Below are positions 1-9,542 of a stretch of DNA of 64,000 nt, piece after piece (position 1 is the first letter of the stretch; each line of letters begins with the position of its first letter). Under the pieces are notes generated by a model. The model made no database searches, was not told where the DNA came from, and was given only the letters and a program-made list of their open reading frames with translations. Both the position numbers and the translations under genes were made by a program. The stretch lies in the IMG/VR virus record IMGVR_UViG_3300044655_001643. One strand, written 5' to 3'. This DNA comes from a virus.

Positions 1-773
1 CCAATAACTCTTTCACCAAGTGCTTGCAATGCACCTGTTTTTTTGATTGCTTCAAGTGCTGCTTTGCCACCACCTGATTTATAAGTATCAACTAAACCGG
101 GTAAAGCAACAAGTGCTTGTCCCAAAAGTTCTTTGCCCGGAGATAAACCATCATAAGACTGCCGACTATCAAACTGAATTGTGTCGGGCATGTACAGTGC
201 AATAGAATCAGTTGTCAACTGTGTTTTATTGATAAATGCAAAAGGTGTTTTATCTGTAATTCTTTTGACTGAACTTGTAATATTGTCGTTTATTTTTTGT
301 TCACTGCCATATAAAGGAACTGAAGCTGACGTTGTATTTGTTCCTATCCATCCCTCAATACCAGAACGAACTTTCTGTCCTACATTTCCTCCATACTGGC
401 CAATTTTTTGCGCTACACCAGAAATCCCATTTTGAACTTCTCTGTTTATTTTATCAGCAAAAGAATTGACTACTTTGCTTGGATTTGTTGCACGTGCAAC
501 AGAAACTCCTCTGGACAATTGATCCTGAATAGCACTTTCAGCGTTTGAATCAAAGACTTGACCGCCACGATATGCAGAAGAAAACTGTGTCTCTTTTTGT
601 TGACGTACAAAAAAGATCATATAATGACCTTTGTCAGCACTGCCTACATCTAGAGGATACTTCAGAGCGTTTTGTTTGAATCCTCCGCTTGTGGCATCTA
701 ATACGGAAAGAGGACCAAAAGAACGAGTTTCATCGTAGTTGAATCTTATTTCTGAAAGACCGAAAAATGCCAT
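1..773 (-). CDS. Baseplate tail-tube cap gp48-like (runs off window start)
   Basis: Manual translation from ATG 773: MAFFGLSEIRF...LKYPLDVG...HYMIFFV...SIALYMPDT; divergent from gp4 as in T4-like phages; absent from ORF track. Confidence 0.7.
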   Translation of the reverse strand, partial: MAFFGLSEIRFNYDETRSFGPLSVLDATSGGFKQNALKYPLDVGSADKGHYMIFFVRQQKETQFSSAYRGGQVFDSNAESAIQDQLSRGVSVARATNPSKVVNSFADKINREVQNGISGVAQKIGQYGGNVGQKVRSGIEGWIGTNTTSASVPLYGSEQKINDNITSSVKRITDKTPFAFINKTQLTTDSIALYMPDTIQFDSRQSYDGLSPGKELLGQALVALPGLVDTYKSGGGKAALEAIKKTGALQALGERVI

Positions 774-800
774 GAGAATTCCTGTGAGTTGACTAGATAG

Positions 801-808
801 TATTTATG
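801..808 (-). promoter_or_regulatory. T4-type late promoter variant CATAAATA
   Basis: One mismatch to TATAAATA, upstream of gp48-like gene. Confidence 0.55.
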
Positions 809-1237
809 TCAAATAAAGGAAGATTTAGACCGAAAAACCCGCAGAAATACAAGGGTGATGCCGCCAATATTATCTACAGATCCACGTGGGAAATAAAGGT
901 GATGAGATATTTGGATGAGAATCCAAACATCATTTGGTGGGGTTCCGAAGAGTTGCCTATACCGTATCTTAGTCCAATCGACAAGAAAAAGCACCGATAT
1001 TTCCCAGACTTCATTGCCAAAATCCGTAAAAATGATGGCAAAGTGATGACTTACATTATTGAAGTCAAGCCAGAAAAACAAACAAAACCTCCAACACAGA
1101 AACGCAAAACAAAGACGTTCATTCAAGAATCAATGACGTATGAAGTCAACAAAGCCAAGTGGTATGCTGCCGAAGAGTTCTGCAAAGATCATGGCTGGCA
1201 GTTTCTTATACTGACAGAAAAACATCTGGGTATCTAA
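806..1237 (+). CDS. Head completion nuclease gp4
   Basis: KYKGD..NIIYRSTWE, W.SEE..IPY, RYFPDF, IEVKP, N.AKW motifs. Confidence 0.9.
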   Translation: MSNKGRFRPKNPQKYKGDAANIIYRSTWEIKVMRYLDENPNIIWWGSEELPIPYLSPIDKKKHRYFPDFIAKIRKNDGKVMTYIIEVKPEKQTKPPTQKRKTKTFIQESMTYEVNKAKWYAAEEFCKDHGWQFLILTEKHLGI

Positions 1238-1245
1238 GATAAATA
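1238..1245 (+). promoter_or_regulatory. Late promoter variant GATAAATA
   Basis: 4 nt before gp2 ATG. Confidence 0.55.
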
Positions 1246-1249
1246 CTCG

Positions 1250-1834
1250 ATGGCTAAAAAACTAATAGACAGAGTAAAAGAGTCGCTGGCAAAATCTGGT
1301 TATGAACCACGCACACGTGACGCTCGTAGATGGCTAAGAACAAAGATACCAAGTCTTAGACCAACAAAGGGTGAACTGATGCGTGATCGTCAGAGACTCC
1401 GAGACAAGTCTTTTATTGGCCGAATGTATTTTTATTACTATGATCCTAAAACAAAGGACACGCTGCCATATTACGACAAGTTCCCATTGGTCATACCAAT
1501 AGAACGATACTCAGACGGTTTTCTAGGGTTGAATTTACATTACATTCACCCAAAGCAGCGTATAGTCCTATTAGATAAACTTAGTACCATATTGAATAAT
1601 CATAGCTATGATGAGACAACAAAACTGAGAATAAGTTATGATTATTTGGCAAGAGCAACAAAAGTTTTTTCTCAAGCCAAACCCTGCATCAAGCGATATT
1701 TGTTTAGTCATATACAATCTCGATTTTTAGAAATTACAGCAGATGAGTGGGACATTGCCGTCATGTTACCAGTAGAGTCATTTGCCAAAGCAAGTGCCAG
1801 CCAAGTCTGGTCAGAATCAAAGGACAAATACTAA
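1250..1834 (+). CDS. DNA end protector gp2
   Basis: YDPKTKDTLPYYDKFPL, GLNLHY, PCIKRYL motifs. Confidence 0.92.
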   Translation: MAKKLIDRVKESLAKSGYEPRTRDARRWLRTKIPSLRPTKGELMRDRQRLRDKSFIGRMYFYYYDPKTKDTLPYYDKFPLVIPIERYSDGFLGLNLHYIHPKQRIVLLDKLSTILNNHSYDETTKLRISYDYLARATKVFSQAKPCIKRYLFSHIQSRFLEITADEWDIAVMLPVESFAKASASQVWSESKDKY

Positions 1835-2562
1835 TGTCGTTTTCACCAAATTTATTCTTATCGAACATCAAAGGCAAAGATGGTCTAGCTCGTCCATGTC
1901 GATATGAAGTAATACTTCCTGTTCCTGATTATATTGGTAAATATGTAAAAAATTCTGTCATTGAAAGAATTCTAAACTTACCTAACTCTGCTTTTTCTGA
2001 AATATCAGAAGCAATAGGAAATGCTCTAGGTCAAAAAAATGATGCACAGAAAAGTGCCAATCCTGGAATGACAAGATATCTTGCTTTGCAGTGTGAAACT
2101 GCTGAACTGCCAGGCAAAACACTTCAAACTGAAGATGTGAAGATATATGGTCCTACTTTCAAAGTTCCTTATCAGACCCAATATGCTGAAACATCTTTGA
2201 CGTTTTTATGCACAAATGAATTTTACGAACGTAAATTGTTTGATCGTTGGATGGAAGCAATCATGCCAACAGATACAAACAACTTACGCTTTCCGAAAGG
2301 CAGCAATTCAAGATACTTGACACAAATTACAATAACACAATTTGATGATCTTATCAAGCAAATATATGCAGTGAATCTAATTGACGCATTTCCAATAGGT
2401 GTTGCAGCACAGCCTCTCAGTTGGGGAGAAGAAGGCTTTCATCGTTTGACTATTCAGTTTGCATATCAAAGATACGAAACGATTTATGAAGGAAAATACA
2501 ATCTTGGCGCCACAGCAGCATCTCTACTCGGAATAGGTACTGCAAGGGCTCTATCACTATAA
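1834..2562 (+). CDS. Tail tube/baseplate tube initiator (gp54/gp19-like)
   Basis: GLARPCRYEV, LQCETAELPGKT, DAFPIGV..QPLSW; start moved to ATG 1834 (TAATG overlap with gp2 stop). Confidence 0.75.
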   Translation: MSFSPNLFLSNIKGKDGLARPCRYEVILPVPDYIGKYVKNSVIERILNLPNSAFSEISEAIGNALGQKNDAQKSANPGMTRYLALQCETAELPGKTLQTEDVKIYGPTFKVPYQTQYAETSLTFLCTNEFYERKLFDRWMEAIMPTDTNNLRFPKGSNSRYLTQITITQFDDLIKQIYAVNLIDAFPIGVAAQPLSWGEEGFHRLTIQFAYQRYETIYEGKYNLGATAASLLGIGTARALSL

Positions 2563-2580
2563 TCTTACCGTGAGGATATT

Positions 2581-3315
2581 ATGTTACCAAAAATAGATGT
2601 ACCGATTTATGAACTAGCTTTACCTTTGACAAAGAAAGTAATTCAATTTCGACCGTTTCTTGTCAAAGAAGAGAAAATTCTGTTGATGGCAATGGAATCA
2701 AATGAAGCAGATTCTATTCTGTTAGCAGTGAAACAGATACTAACAAATTGCTGTTTATCTGATTTGAATATTGATGACTTACCAATTACTGATATAGAGT
2801 TTTTGTTTCTGAATCTTCGTGCCCGGTCAGTCAACGAAGTTGTTGAATTGCCTTATCGCTGTAACAACAAAGTCAGCGCTGATGGTGAAGAAAAAGAGTG
2901 TGGAAATATTGTTACACTTGAGATGAATTTGCTCGATATTCATCCAGAAGTACATAAAGAAAAAATCGATCAAATTCCACTCAGCGCAACGATGGGTCTG
3001 CTAATCAAGTATCCGTCGTTCAAGATGGTAGAAGAAGCACAGAAACAAGAGGGTTCAGAAGTTGATAAACTTATGAATATTCTGATAGCTTGTATTGATG
3101 GGGTTTATACAGAAGAAACTATCTTTTATTCCAAAGATGTTCCTAAGAAAGAACTTGTTGAATTTGTTGAGAACTTGACACGTGAACAGTTCAGCAAAAT
3201 ACAAGAGTTTTTTGAGACAATGCCTAAAATCAAAAAAGATGTAGACTTCCATTGTTCAAAATGTGGATATGATGAAAAGATTACGATAGAGGGCCTACAA
3301 AGTTTTTTCGTATAA
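2581..3315 (+). CDS. Baseplate hub subunit gp26
   Basis: FRPFLVKEEKILLMA, LRARSV.E, C..C...IEGLQSFF. Confidence 0.9.
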   Translation: MLPKIDVPIYELALPLTKKVIQFRPFLVKEEKILLMAMESNEADSILLAVKQILTNCCLSDLNIDDLPITDIEFLFLNLRARSVNEVVELPYRCNNKVSADGEEKECGNIVTLEMNLLDIHPEVHKEKIDQIPLSATMGLLIKYPSFKMVEEAQKQEGSEVDKLMNILIACIDGVYTEETIFYSKDVPKKELVEFVENLTREQFSKIQEFFETMPKIKKDVDFHCSKCGYDEKITIEGLQSFFV

Positions 3316-3506
3316 TGTTTTGTTATGATAATTTGAAAAACTATTTTGATACCAACTTTGCTCTGATGCAGCATCACAAATATAGTCTTTATGATATTGA
3401 GCAGATGTTGCCTTGGGAAAAAAGTGTTTATGTAACGATGTTAGTAAACTTCATAAAAGAAGAAAACGAAAAATTGCAACAAGAAAAGATTTCAAATAAG
3501 AGATAA
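3315..3506 (+). CDS. Baseplate hub assembly protein gp51-like
   Basis: NFALMQHHKYSL.DIE.M.PWE motif; follows gp26. Confidence 0.85.
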   Translation: MFCYDNLKNYFDTNFALMQHHKYSLYDIEQMLPWEKSVYVTMLVNFIKEENEKLQQEKISNKR

Positions 3507-3509
3507 AAA

Positions 3510-5654
3510 ATGGCTTCATTTACAGACTTAGTTCGTGCCCAAAGACAATCAGGTAAAAGTGTAGTTACTTCATTGTCTGGCGCATACAATCAAATGAATA
3601 TGCAAAAATATGATCCTCGAAATGCTTTGTTTAGCAGAGGAGGACTTATGACTGCTTTATTTCCCGAACTAAAAGGATATCAAGCCACGGCATCAAATCG
3701 TTCACCATCTTCATTGATGGCGCAGCAAGCAGGATCTTCACCGACAGCATTGAGTTCTATAGCACGTGATGCAAGAATTAGCGCCAGAAATTCTATGGCT
3801 TTACCATCAATCGCCCGTAACATGGCACAACTGGTTCGTATATGGGGCGGAACACCAGCAAAGTATTTTGAAAGAGCAGGACAAAGAGAAGCAGCATATG
3901 AATCAAAGTATAGCACTGGAAGAAAAGGTATGCCTGGTTTAGGCAAATCTTCTGCTGGTGGTGGTTTCAACTTACTTGGTATGTTAGGTGGTATTGGAAG
4001 TGCTGCGGGAAGTTTACTTGGTAGCGCAGGAAGTATTATTGGGTCCATACTCGGTGGAATTGGAAGTTTAGTTGGAGGTGCATTTCGTGGCATATTTGGT
4101 GTATTAGGGGGTGCATTAGGTAATATGGGTTTCATGGGAGTAGTTCTTGCTGGTGTTGTTGGATTTGCCCTCTACTCTCTTTATAAGTCACTTGATTTCT
4201 CAAAATTAGGAGGCGGCATAGGTGAATCTTTGAGTGCAATCAAAGAAACTCTATCTGGTTTGTCTAAAGAACTTGGATTGAATACATTTATTGAGAATGC
4301 TCAAAAGATATTCAAAAGCACGACCGATAAAATCGTGGCAGCATTAGAAACTTCTCTAAGTCTTTTTCGAGATTTAGGAACAGCAGTCATGAAAGATATG
4401 TATGGCTTCATGATAAATTTATTTCAAGAAAATAAAGGTAAAATTCTTGGAATGATTGCGATTGGTGCGATGGGTGCGTTAGGAGGATTTAGTACACTTT
4501 CTGGCGCCGCAGTTTCTATGGCAATTGCAGCAGCAATGGCAGCATATGGTAAAATGACAGGAGAGAAATCTATTGAAGAAGCTCGGTCAGAAAATGAAGC
4601 CTTGAAACTTGAATTGCAAAAAACAATGAAAGAGGGTAAACAAGTTCCAACTTATGATGCTTTGGGAAATGTAACAGGATATACAACAGCAGGTCAGAGA
4701 GCAAGTGATATAGAAAGTAAAATAAGAGAAAATGAAGAATTTATCAGACAGAAAGAATTGAGAACAAGTAACACACAAGGTGTAATAAATCGAATGACAT
4801 CTGCTGACATCGGATTAGAATATGATAGAAGATTGGCCGAAAGACAAGCACAAGGTTCACCAACTCCTGCAGGAGCAGCATCATACAGTTACGATAAGAA
4901 AATTACTTTCAATAGTCTGACTAGAGCGCAACAAAATCAACTAATGGAAGAACAAGCAAAACGAGAAGGCTCAACTAAACCTGGTACGGTTGGTTTCAGA
5001 CATAATAATCCTGGTAATATTATAGCAAAAAGTCGCACTGAAGTTTATCCAGAACAAGCAAAGTTTGGAGGTGTTCCTGGTGAAACAATTACGCATGAAG
5101 GTGTTACAAGAACTTTTGTGAGATTTCCTAATTGGCAAGCTGGTTGGGAAGCACAGAGAGATTTGTGGTCCAGAAAATATGGAAATATGGACTTACAACT
5201 AGCAATCAAGAAATGGGTAAATCCATCTGCATCTGAAATGGCTTCTGGCGCATATGGAAACTATGAACGTTCTTTGATGAAAGTTGCTGGCGCCACTGGA
5301 ACGCCAGAACAACCAATCGCATCGGCAGAAAAACCAAAACCAAGTCCAGCACCCGGTGCGCCAGCAGCTAAAACGAGTATGTCAGATGGTGTTGCTTCGC
5401 TTGCATACGAACAAATAACTGCATTGGATAGAATGATGGGTGGAAAATTGATGCAAGGTTCAACAGCACTTGCAGATATGTTGAGAGATATAACAAGAGA
5501 GTTTATGAACAATCCTACTCTTGTTGATAACTCACAAACTATAAACAATAACTCACAATCAGCATCAGGTTCAAGTTATCACATTCCATCAGCATATAAC
5601 TCTGACGCTACAAATCTTTTAGTGGATAGAGCAACATCTAGTTATTATGGTTGA
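3510..5654 (+). CDS. Tape-measure/baseplate hub gp29-like protein with putative lysozyme-like domain
   Basis: Position after gp26/gp51; Gly-rich hydrophobic stretches; RHNNPGNI motif. Confidence 0.6.
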   Translation: MASFTDLVRAQRQSGKSVVTSLSGAYNQMNMQKYDPRNALFSRGGLMTALFPELKGYQATASNRSPSSLMAQQAGSSPTALSSIARDARISARNSMALPSIARNMAQLVRIWGGTPAKYFERAGQREAAYESKYSTGRKGMPGLGKSSAGGGFNLLGMLGGIGSAAGSLLGSAGSIIGSILGGIGSLVGGAFRGIFGVLGGALGNMGFMGVVLAGVVGFALYSLYKSLDFSKLGGGIGESLSAIKETLSGLSKELGLNTFIENAQKIFKSTTDKIVAALETSLSLFRDLGTAVMKDMYGFMINLFQENKGKILGMIAIGAMGALGGFSTLSGAAVSMAIAAAMAAYGKMTGEKSIEEARSENEALKLELQKTMKEGKQVPTYDALGNVTGYTTAGQRASDIESKIRENEEFIRQKELRTSNTQGVINRMTSADIGLEYDRRLAERQAQGSPTPAGAASYSYDKKITFNSLTRAQQNQLMEEQAKREGSTKPGTVGFRHNNPGNIIAKSRTEVYPEQAKFGGVPGETITHEGVTRTFVRFPNWQAGWEAQRDLWSRKYGNMDLQLAIKKWVNPSASEMASGAYGNYERSLMKVAGATGTPEQPIASAEKPKPSPAPGAPAAKTSMSDGVASLAYEQITALDRMMGGKLMQGSTALADMLRDITREFMNNPTLVDNSQTINNNSQSASGSSYHIPSAYNSDATNLLVDRATSSYYG

Positions 5655-5681
5655 CAAAAAAACGCCACCCGAAGGTGGCGT
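5655..5681 (-). terminator. Intrinsic terminator after gp32
   Basis: ACGCCACC-TTCG-GGTGGCGT then T-run on minus strand, between convergent genes. Confidence 0.9.
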
Positions 5682-5689
5682 CACAATCA

Positions 5690-6553
5690 TCAATCTTCTG
5701 CTAGAGACTTGAAGTAATCAAGTTCTTCATCATCAATATCTGCTGATGGTTTAGGAACAAAGTTCTCATCAATAGCCTTAGTCTTTGATACTGGTGCTGC
5801 ACCATCAAGACCTAAGACTTTATCAAGTTTTGCTTTCAACACATCATAAGATTTGAAGTTCTTTGGATCAAGAAACTCTTTGAGTGAGTGTTGCTTTTTC
5901 CACAGTGCTTCAAGTTTTGCATCATCACCATCAAGCAATGCTGAAGGAGAATCAAACTCAGACTTGTCATAGTTGCGATAACCTTCAACTTGACGAATCT
6001 TGATTTTGAAGTTAGCACCTTCCCAGAAATCAAAAGGATTGATTGCCTTTTCATCTTCGAATTCTGGATTCATTGCTTCTGTAATCTTATCAAAGATTTT
6101 CTTGCCAAACTTGTAAAGACGAATCTGTCCTTCATTATCTGGATTCTTTGGATCAGAAACAATGTAAACATTAGTCACATAATGTAAACGGCGTTTTTGT
6201 TTACGTGCAATCTCTTTGTTTGCTTCAATGCCTGAGTTCCACAAAACAGAGTTATGCTCCGAAACTGGATCTTTTTGATTGAGTGTTGTCAAAGAGTTTT
6301 CAATGTACCAACCACCGGGACCTTGAAAGCCATGATCAAAGATACGTACCCAAGGAAGTCCATCATCACCATCTACTGCTGGAGCAGGAAGGAAACGAAC
6401 AACAGCCATGCCGTTACCTGCTTTGTCAACCTCTGGTGTCCAGAAACGATCATCGCCTCTTGAACCAGATTCTGTGTTTGTATTGATTGATTCAACCGCT
6501 TTGGTGAGTTTCTCGAATGAGTTGCGGTTATTGCGTAGTTTAGAAAAGTCCAT
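5690..6553 (-). CDS. Single-stranded DNA-binding protein gp32
   Basis: DDRFW, VRFLPAP, WYIENSLTT, FGKKIFDKI, NYDKSEF, acidic tail. Confidence 0.97.
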   Translation of the reverse strand: MDFSKLRNNRNSFEKLTKAVESINTNTESGSRGDDRFWTPEVDKAGNGMAVVRFLPAPAVDGDDGLPWVRIFDHGFQGPGGWYIENSLTTLNQKDPVSEHNSVLWNSGIEANKEIARKQKRRLHYVTNVYIVSDPKNPDNEGQIRLYKFGKKIFDKITEAMNPEFEDEKAINPFDFWEGANFKIKIRQVEGYRNYDKSEFDSPSALLDGDDAKLEALWKKQHSLKEFLDPKNFKSYDVLKAKLDKVLGLDGAAPVSKTKAIDENFVPKPSADIDDEELDYFKSLAED

Positions 6554-6576
6554 ATATTACCTCGTATGTAAAAGTG

Positions 6577-7122
6577 TTAGATTGTATGTGCATCTTGTCC
6601 ACATGATTCATTATATACACTTATATATGTATCGTCAAGAACCGATTGCACAATTTTTATCGTTTCTGCGGTATCTCTGTGAAGAATACCAATACCACCG
6701 GCATGATTGAAGTCATCGATTACATCCGTTGTATCATCAATCAGAATTACATCAGACTTTGCGTAGTCTGCTTTGAGATGACGACCGGGCACGATATTAG
6801 CCTTGAAGTCAATGTTATGTTGTTTCAGCCAAACTTTCTTTTGCTTCTTTACTTCTTCGTGATGCATTTTACCACCAGACGATGAAAGAATCTCAATCGG
6901 TATATCAAGTGAGAGAACAAACTTCAACAACTCTTTACCACCAGGATACCAATCAAGTGTTTCAAAGTTTTTACCGTCCACAAATCGATTCCAATTGTCA
7001 TCGTGTTTTTCACCTCGTTCACGGCTGCTTGATGCTGCTCGTTTGAACATCTCTTTGTATCGTTTATTGAAATCAGACAACACACCATCCATGTCAAGAT
7101 AAATTTTCTGTATTCGCATCAT
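6577..7122 (-). CDS. HAD-family 5'(3')-deoxyribonucleotidase
   Basis: DMDGVL motif I, ILIDD motif IV. Confidence 0.85.
   Translation of the reverse strand: MMRIQKIYLDMDGVLSDFNKRYKEMFKRAASSSRERGEKHDDNWNRFVDGKNFETLDWYPGGKELLKFVLSLDIPIEILSSSGGKMHHEEVKKQKKVWLKQHNIDFKANIVPGRHLKADYAKSDVILIDDTTDVIDDFNHAGGIGILHRDTAETIKIVQSVLDDTYISVYNESCGQDAHTI
6610..6638 (-). promoter_or_regulatory. Sigma70-type promoter for gp32
   Basis: TTGACG-17-TATAAT inside the 3' end of the upstream gene. Confidence 0.65.
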
Positions 7123-7705
7123 ATTCCTTTTTCAGTATAAGTTTATATTTCGTTGGTTCGAAATTTATGAACGGAGTGTACTTCTTTATTGTTCGGCTGA
7201 TCTTTGGAAAATGAATCGTATCTTCAATCTTCACATCCCATTTGGGCAAAAAGTTCAGTATGCTATTCAATACACAAATCGTTTCAATTGATACATCACC
7301 ATGCAACATATTGTGTAGTAACTTAGGATACTGAGTATCTACCACTGTCAGATTATCATTTGGATTACCATCAAATAAAAAATCTTTGACTTCATTAGTA
7401 AAATGATATGTCAGTGCTTGGATTATTTTTTGTCTTTTCCGATACTGAATGTCTGATTCTTCTGTCAATAGATGTCCAATCCAAACATTAGAATCATGCA
7501 CAAGATTAGCAACGATAAAATCACGACCTTGTTCAGCATTTGAGAATCGCCGACTCAATTTGTAAAAATGATATTTGTCTTTTCGATTCTCAAAGGCATC
7601 TATGCTCGTACTAGTCTTACCATTATATCGAAAGTAATCGTAAGAATCGGAATTGAAGTGAAGTTTGAGAGAATGAAATAAACAGAATGCTTCATATCCA
7701 GTCAT
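7094..7705 (-). CDS. Helicase loader gp59
   Basis: LKLHF...YDYFRY.GK, F..RKDKY.F.KL. Confidence 0.9.
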   Translation of the reverse strand: MTGYEAFCLFHSLKLHFNSDSYDYFRYNGKTSTSIDAFENRKDKYHFYKLSRRFSNAEQGRDFIVANLVHDSNVWIGHLLTEESDIQYRKRQKIIQALTYHFTNEVKDFLFDGNPNDNLTVVDTQYPKLLHNMLHGDVSIETICVLNSILNFLPKWDVKIEDTIHFPKISRTIKKYTPFINFEPTKYKLILKKEYDANTENLS

Positions 7706-7926
7706 ATGGGTAAACGATTACCTTTTCCTTTTAGCATGTTCAAACTTTCTGCTTGTTCTTGAATTTTTGCTTTGAGATTTGGCGTAATCAAAGTAGCAGC
7801 AACTTCAACCTCCAAACCAGTTTCTTTGCAGTGTTCACCAATAGCCTCAAGATATGTGTAATCTGTATTGGCTACCAGTTGTTCAATGCCCAAAGAAAAC
7901 TTTAGCATTTCCTCTTTAGTCGGCAT
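7702..7926 (-). CDS. Late transcription coactivator gp33
   Basis: YLEAI..C....E.E....LI...LK.KI..EA..LN; order gp33-gp59-gp32. Confidence 0.85.
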   Translation of the reverse strand: MPTKEEMLKFSLGIEQLVANTDYTYLEAIGEHCKETGLEVEVAATLITPNLKAKIQEQAESLNMLKGKGNRLPI

Positions 7927-8321
7927 TACGCACCATTTGGGCTACCAAAGCGCAAGTCATAAGTAGCACCGCCGACTGTGCCTGGCATTGCAAATGTCAC
8001 AGGTTCTTTTGCTTGCGGTGGAATTGTATCATTCACTGTTGCACTGAATGGCCAGTTGTTGTTTGGAATATTTTCGAAACTAAAATCTGGTGCATCATCT
8101 AATACCAAATAGTCATCTGTTCCCACATATACATCTTCGTGTTCAGAAGGCACAACTTGAATCTGTCCATCGATTTCGTAACCACAACCTCTTAGAAAGT
8201 CTCTCATTTGATTGAGAATGTCATCAAGAAATAATTCATTAAAGTTCATTTCAAGACTTCTATTGCCATCATTTGAATCGAATCGAATTGTAAAGTTATG
8301 AGTGTCGTTATCAAAATCCAT
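7926..8321 (-). CDS. Hypothetical protein
   Basis: GGAGA RBS; FLRGCGY.IDG pattern. Confidence 0.7.
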   Translation of the reverse strand: MDFDNDTHNFTIRFDSNDGNRSLEMNFNELFLDDILNQMRDFLRGCGYEIDGQIQVVPSEHEDVYVGTDDYLVLDDAPDFSFENIPNNNWPFSATVNDTIPPQAKEPVTFAMPGTVGGATYDLRFGSPNGA

Positions 8322-8337
8322 AATATATCTCCCGTTT

Positions 8338-8595
8338 TTATTTGCGTGTTGAGGCGTGTGCTACACAAACGATATCATCACTGTGAGCATAAGAACATCT
8401 TACTGACAATGGATCAATACCTTTTGCAATAGCGTTTTCAATATTTGCTGCCATAAGTTTTCGGTCATTCAAACCATAGATACAAATCGCAACAATGACT
8501 GAAAGTAAAATCACTGTGATTGATATTGTGACTGTACTATTCAATCCCTTTTCCATAACAATCTCCCTTTCTTTTTTGCTTGATAAAATACTCAT
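8338..8595 (-). CDS. Hypothetical membrane protein
   Basis: One TM segment; coupled to upstream gene. Confidence 0.65.
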   Translation of the reverse strand: MSILSSKKEREIVMEKGLNSTVTISITVILLSVIVAICIYGLNDRKLMAANIENAIAKGIDPLSVRCSYAHSDDIVCVAHASTRK

Positions 8596-9146
8596 GATGC
8601 CTTTCTACTTACCTTGTTGTAAAATAAATGTCTACCTATTTGTGCTGTATACTTCATATTATTCCAACCAGGTTTCACATAATCTGCATGAAAGAATAAA
8701 GCACCTCTAGTTGGATCTTTGAACTTTTCAGTATAAAGATAGAACGACAACGCTAGTTCAGTTACTTTATTATATAACGAATTGTTCTCAATTGTCAAGA
8801 GTCCTTTTCTCATCATATCCTTTGGACGATTTTCACATACCCATGAGAACTGACAAACTGTGCCGACTTTTTGTTTTACTACACCACAATATGTGTCTGG
8901 AAAAACTCCAGATTGCATTCTATTGTGTGTAACAAATGCTACGGCAATTTGGCCGAGTCTTGGTTCTAGACCGGCTTCGAAATACATGTTCTGTGCAAGA
9001 CATTCAACTTCCGATCTTGCTTGTGGTGATAAATCTTCTAGTTGAATTTTCGGTTCAACTGGTATGTTTATTTGTGCTGCTGCATGACCAACATAAACAA
9101 CAAATGCTGCAAATATACTACAAAGTAATAGTGTGATGTAACGCAT
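8592..9146 (-). CDS. Cell wall hydrolase, SleB/Hydrolase_2 family
   Basis: CLAQNMYFEA, NR, CQFSW, GALFFHADYV.P.W, IGRHLFY. Confidence 0.92.
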   Translation of the reverse strand: MRYITLLLCSIFAAFVVYVGHAAAQINIPVEPKIQLEDLSPQARSEVECLAQNMYFEAGLEPRLGQIAVAFVTHNRMQSGVFPDTYCGVVKQKVGTVCQFSWVCENRPKDMMRKGLLTIENNSLYNKVTELALSFYLYTEKFKDPTRGALFFHADYVKPGWNNMKYTAQIGRHLFYNKVSRKAS

Positions 9147-9192
9147 AGTTTCTCCTATAAGTTAGGAGTGTGCCGAAGCACACTCGGTCCCA

Positions 9193-9465
9193 TCAGGCAG
9201 ATTTTTTGCTCTGTGATTTTTCTGCTGTAATGTTTGAAACGAATCCATTCAAGGACTGTGCCTTGGTAATGATGTCGCTTTCTGAGGGATAAGTTGGAAA
9301 GGCTGGATGTTCAGGTATTGCTTGTCCGTTTAGTTTAGCGGACTCTACCTTTACGTGCCATTCATTGGTTAGGCGATCTTTGTTAGAGTGATACTCTTCT
9401 AACAATAATTCTTTCGCCATTTTTAGAAGTTCAAGACGAATCTCAAACGGTGTCAGATTACTCAT
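9193..9465 (-). CDS. Conserved phage hypothetical protein
   Basis: PFEIRLELLKMAK...YP...II.KA..L..FV; strong RBS. Confidence 0.75.
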   Translation of the reverse strand: MSNLTPFEIRLELLKMAKELLLEEYHSNKDRLTNEWHVKVESAKLNGQAIPEHPAFPTYPSESDIITKAQSLNGFVSNITAEKSQSKKSA

Positions 9466-9542
9466 TTACTTCTCCTGTGTTGTGTGTGTTTACTGGCGAA
9501 GTGTGTGTGATGCCAGTACATATATTTAGTGATTTTATTTGT

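Noticed and set aside
181-435. Plus-strand 84-aa ORF and similar antisense ORFs throughout
   Set aside because: Antisense to well-supported genes, with no RBS or recognisable motifs.
806-1237. TnsA-like fold as a transposon
   Set aside because: gp4 in its normal gp48-gp4-gp2 context; no transposon ends.
6555-6609. T4-style gene 32 autoregulatory pseudoknot
   Set aside because: Only AUGUG/CACAU plus a 3-bp second stem; too weak without an alignment.
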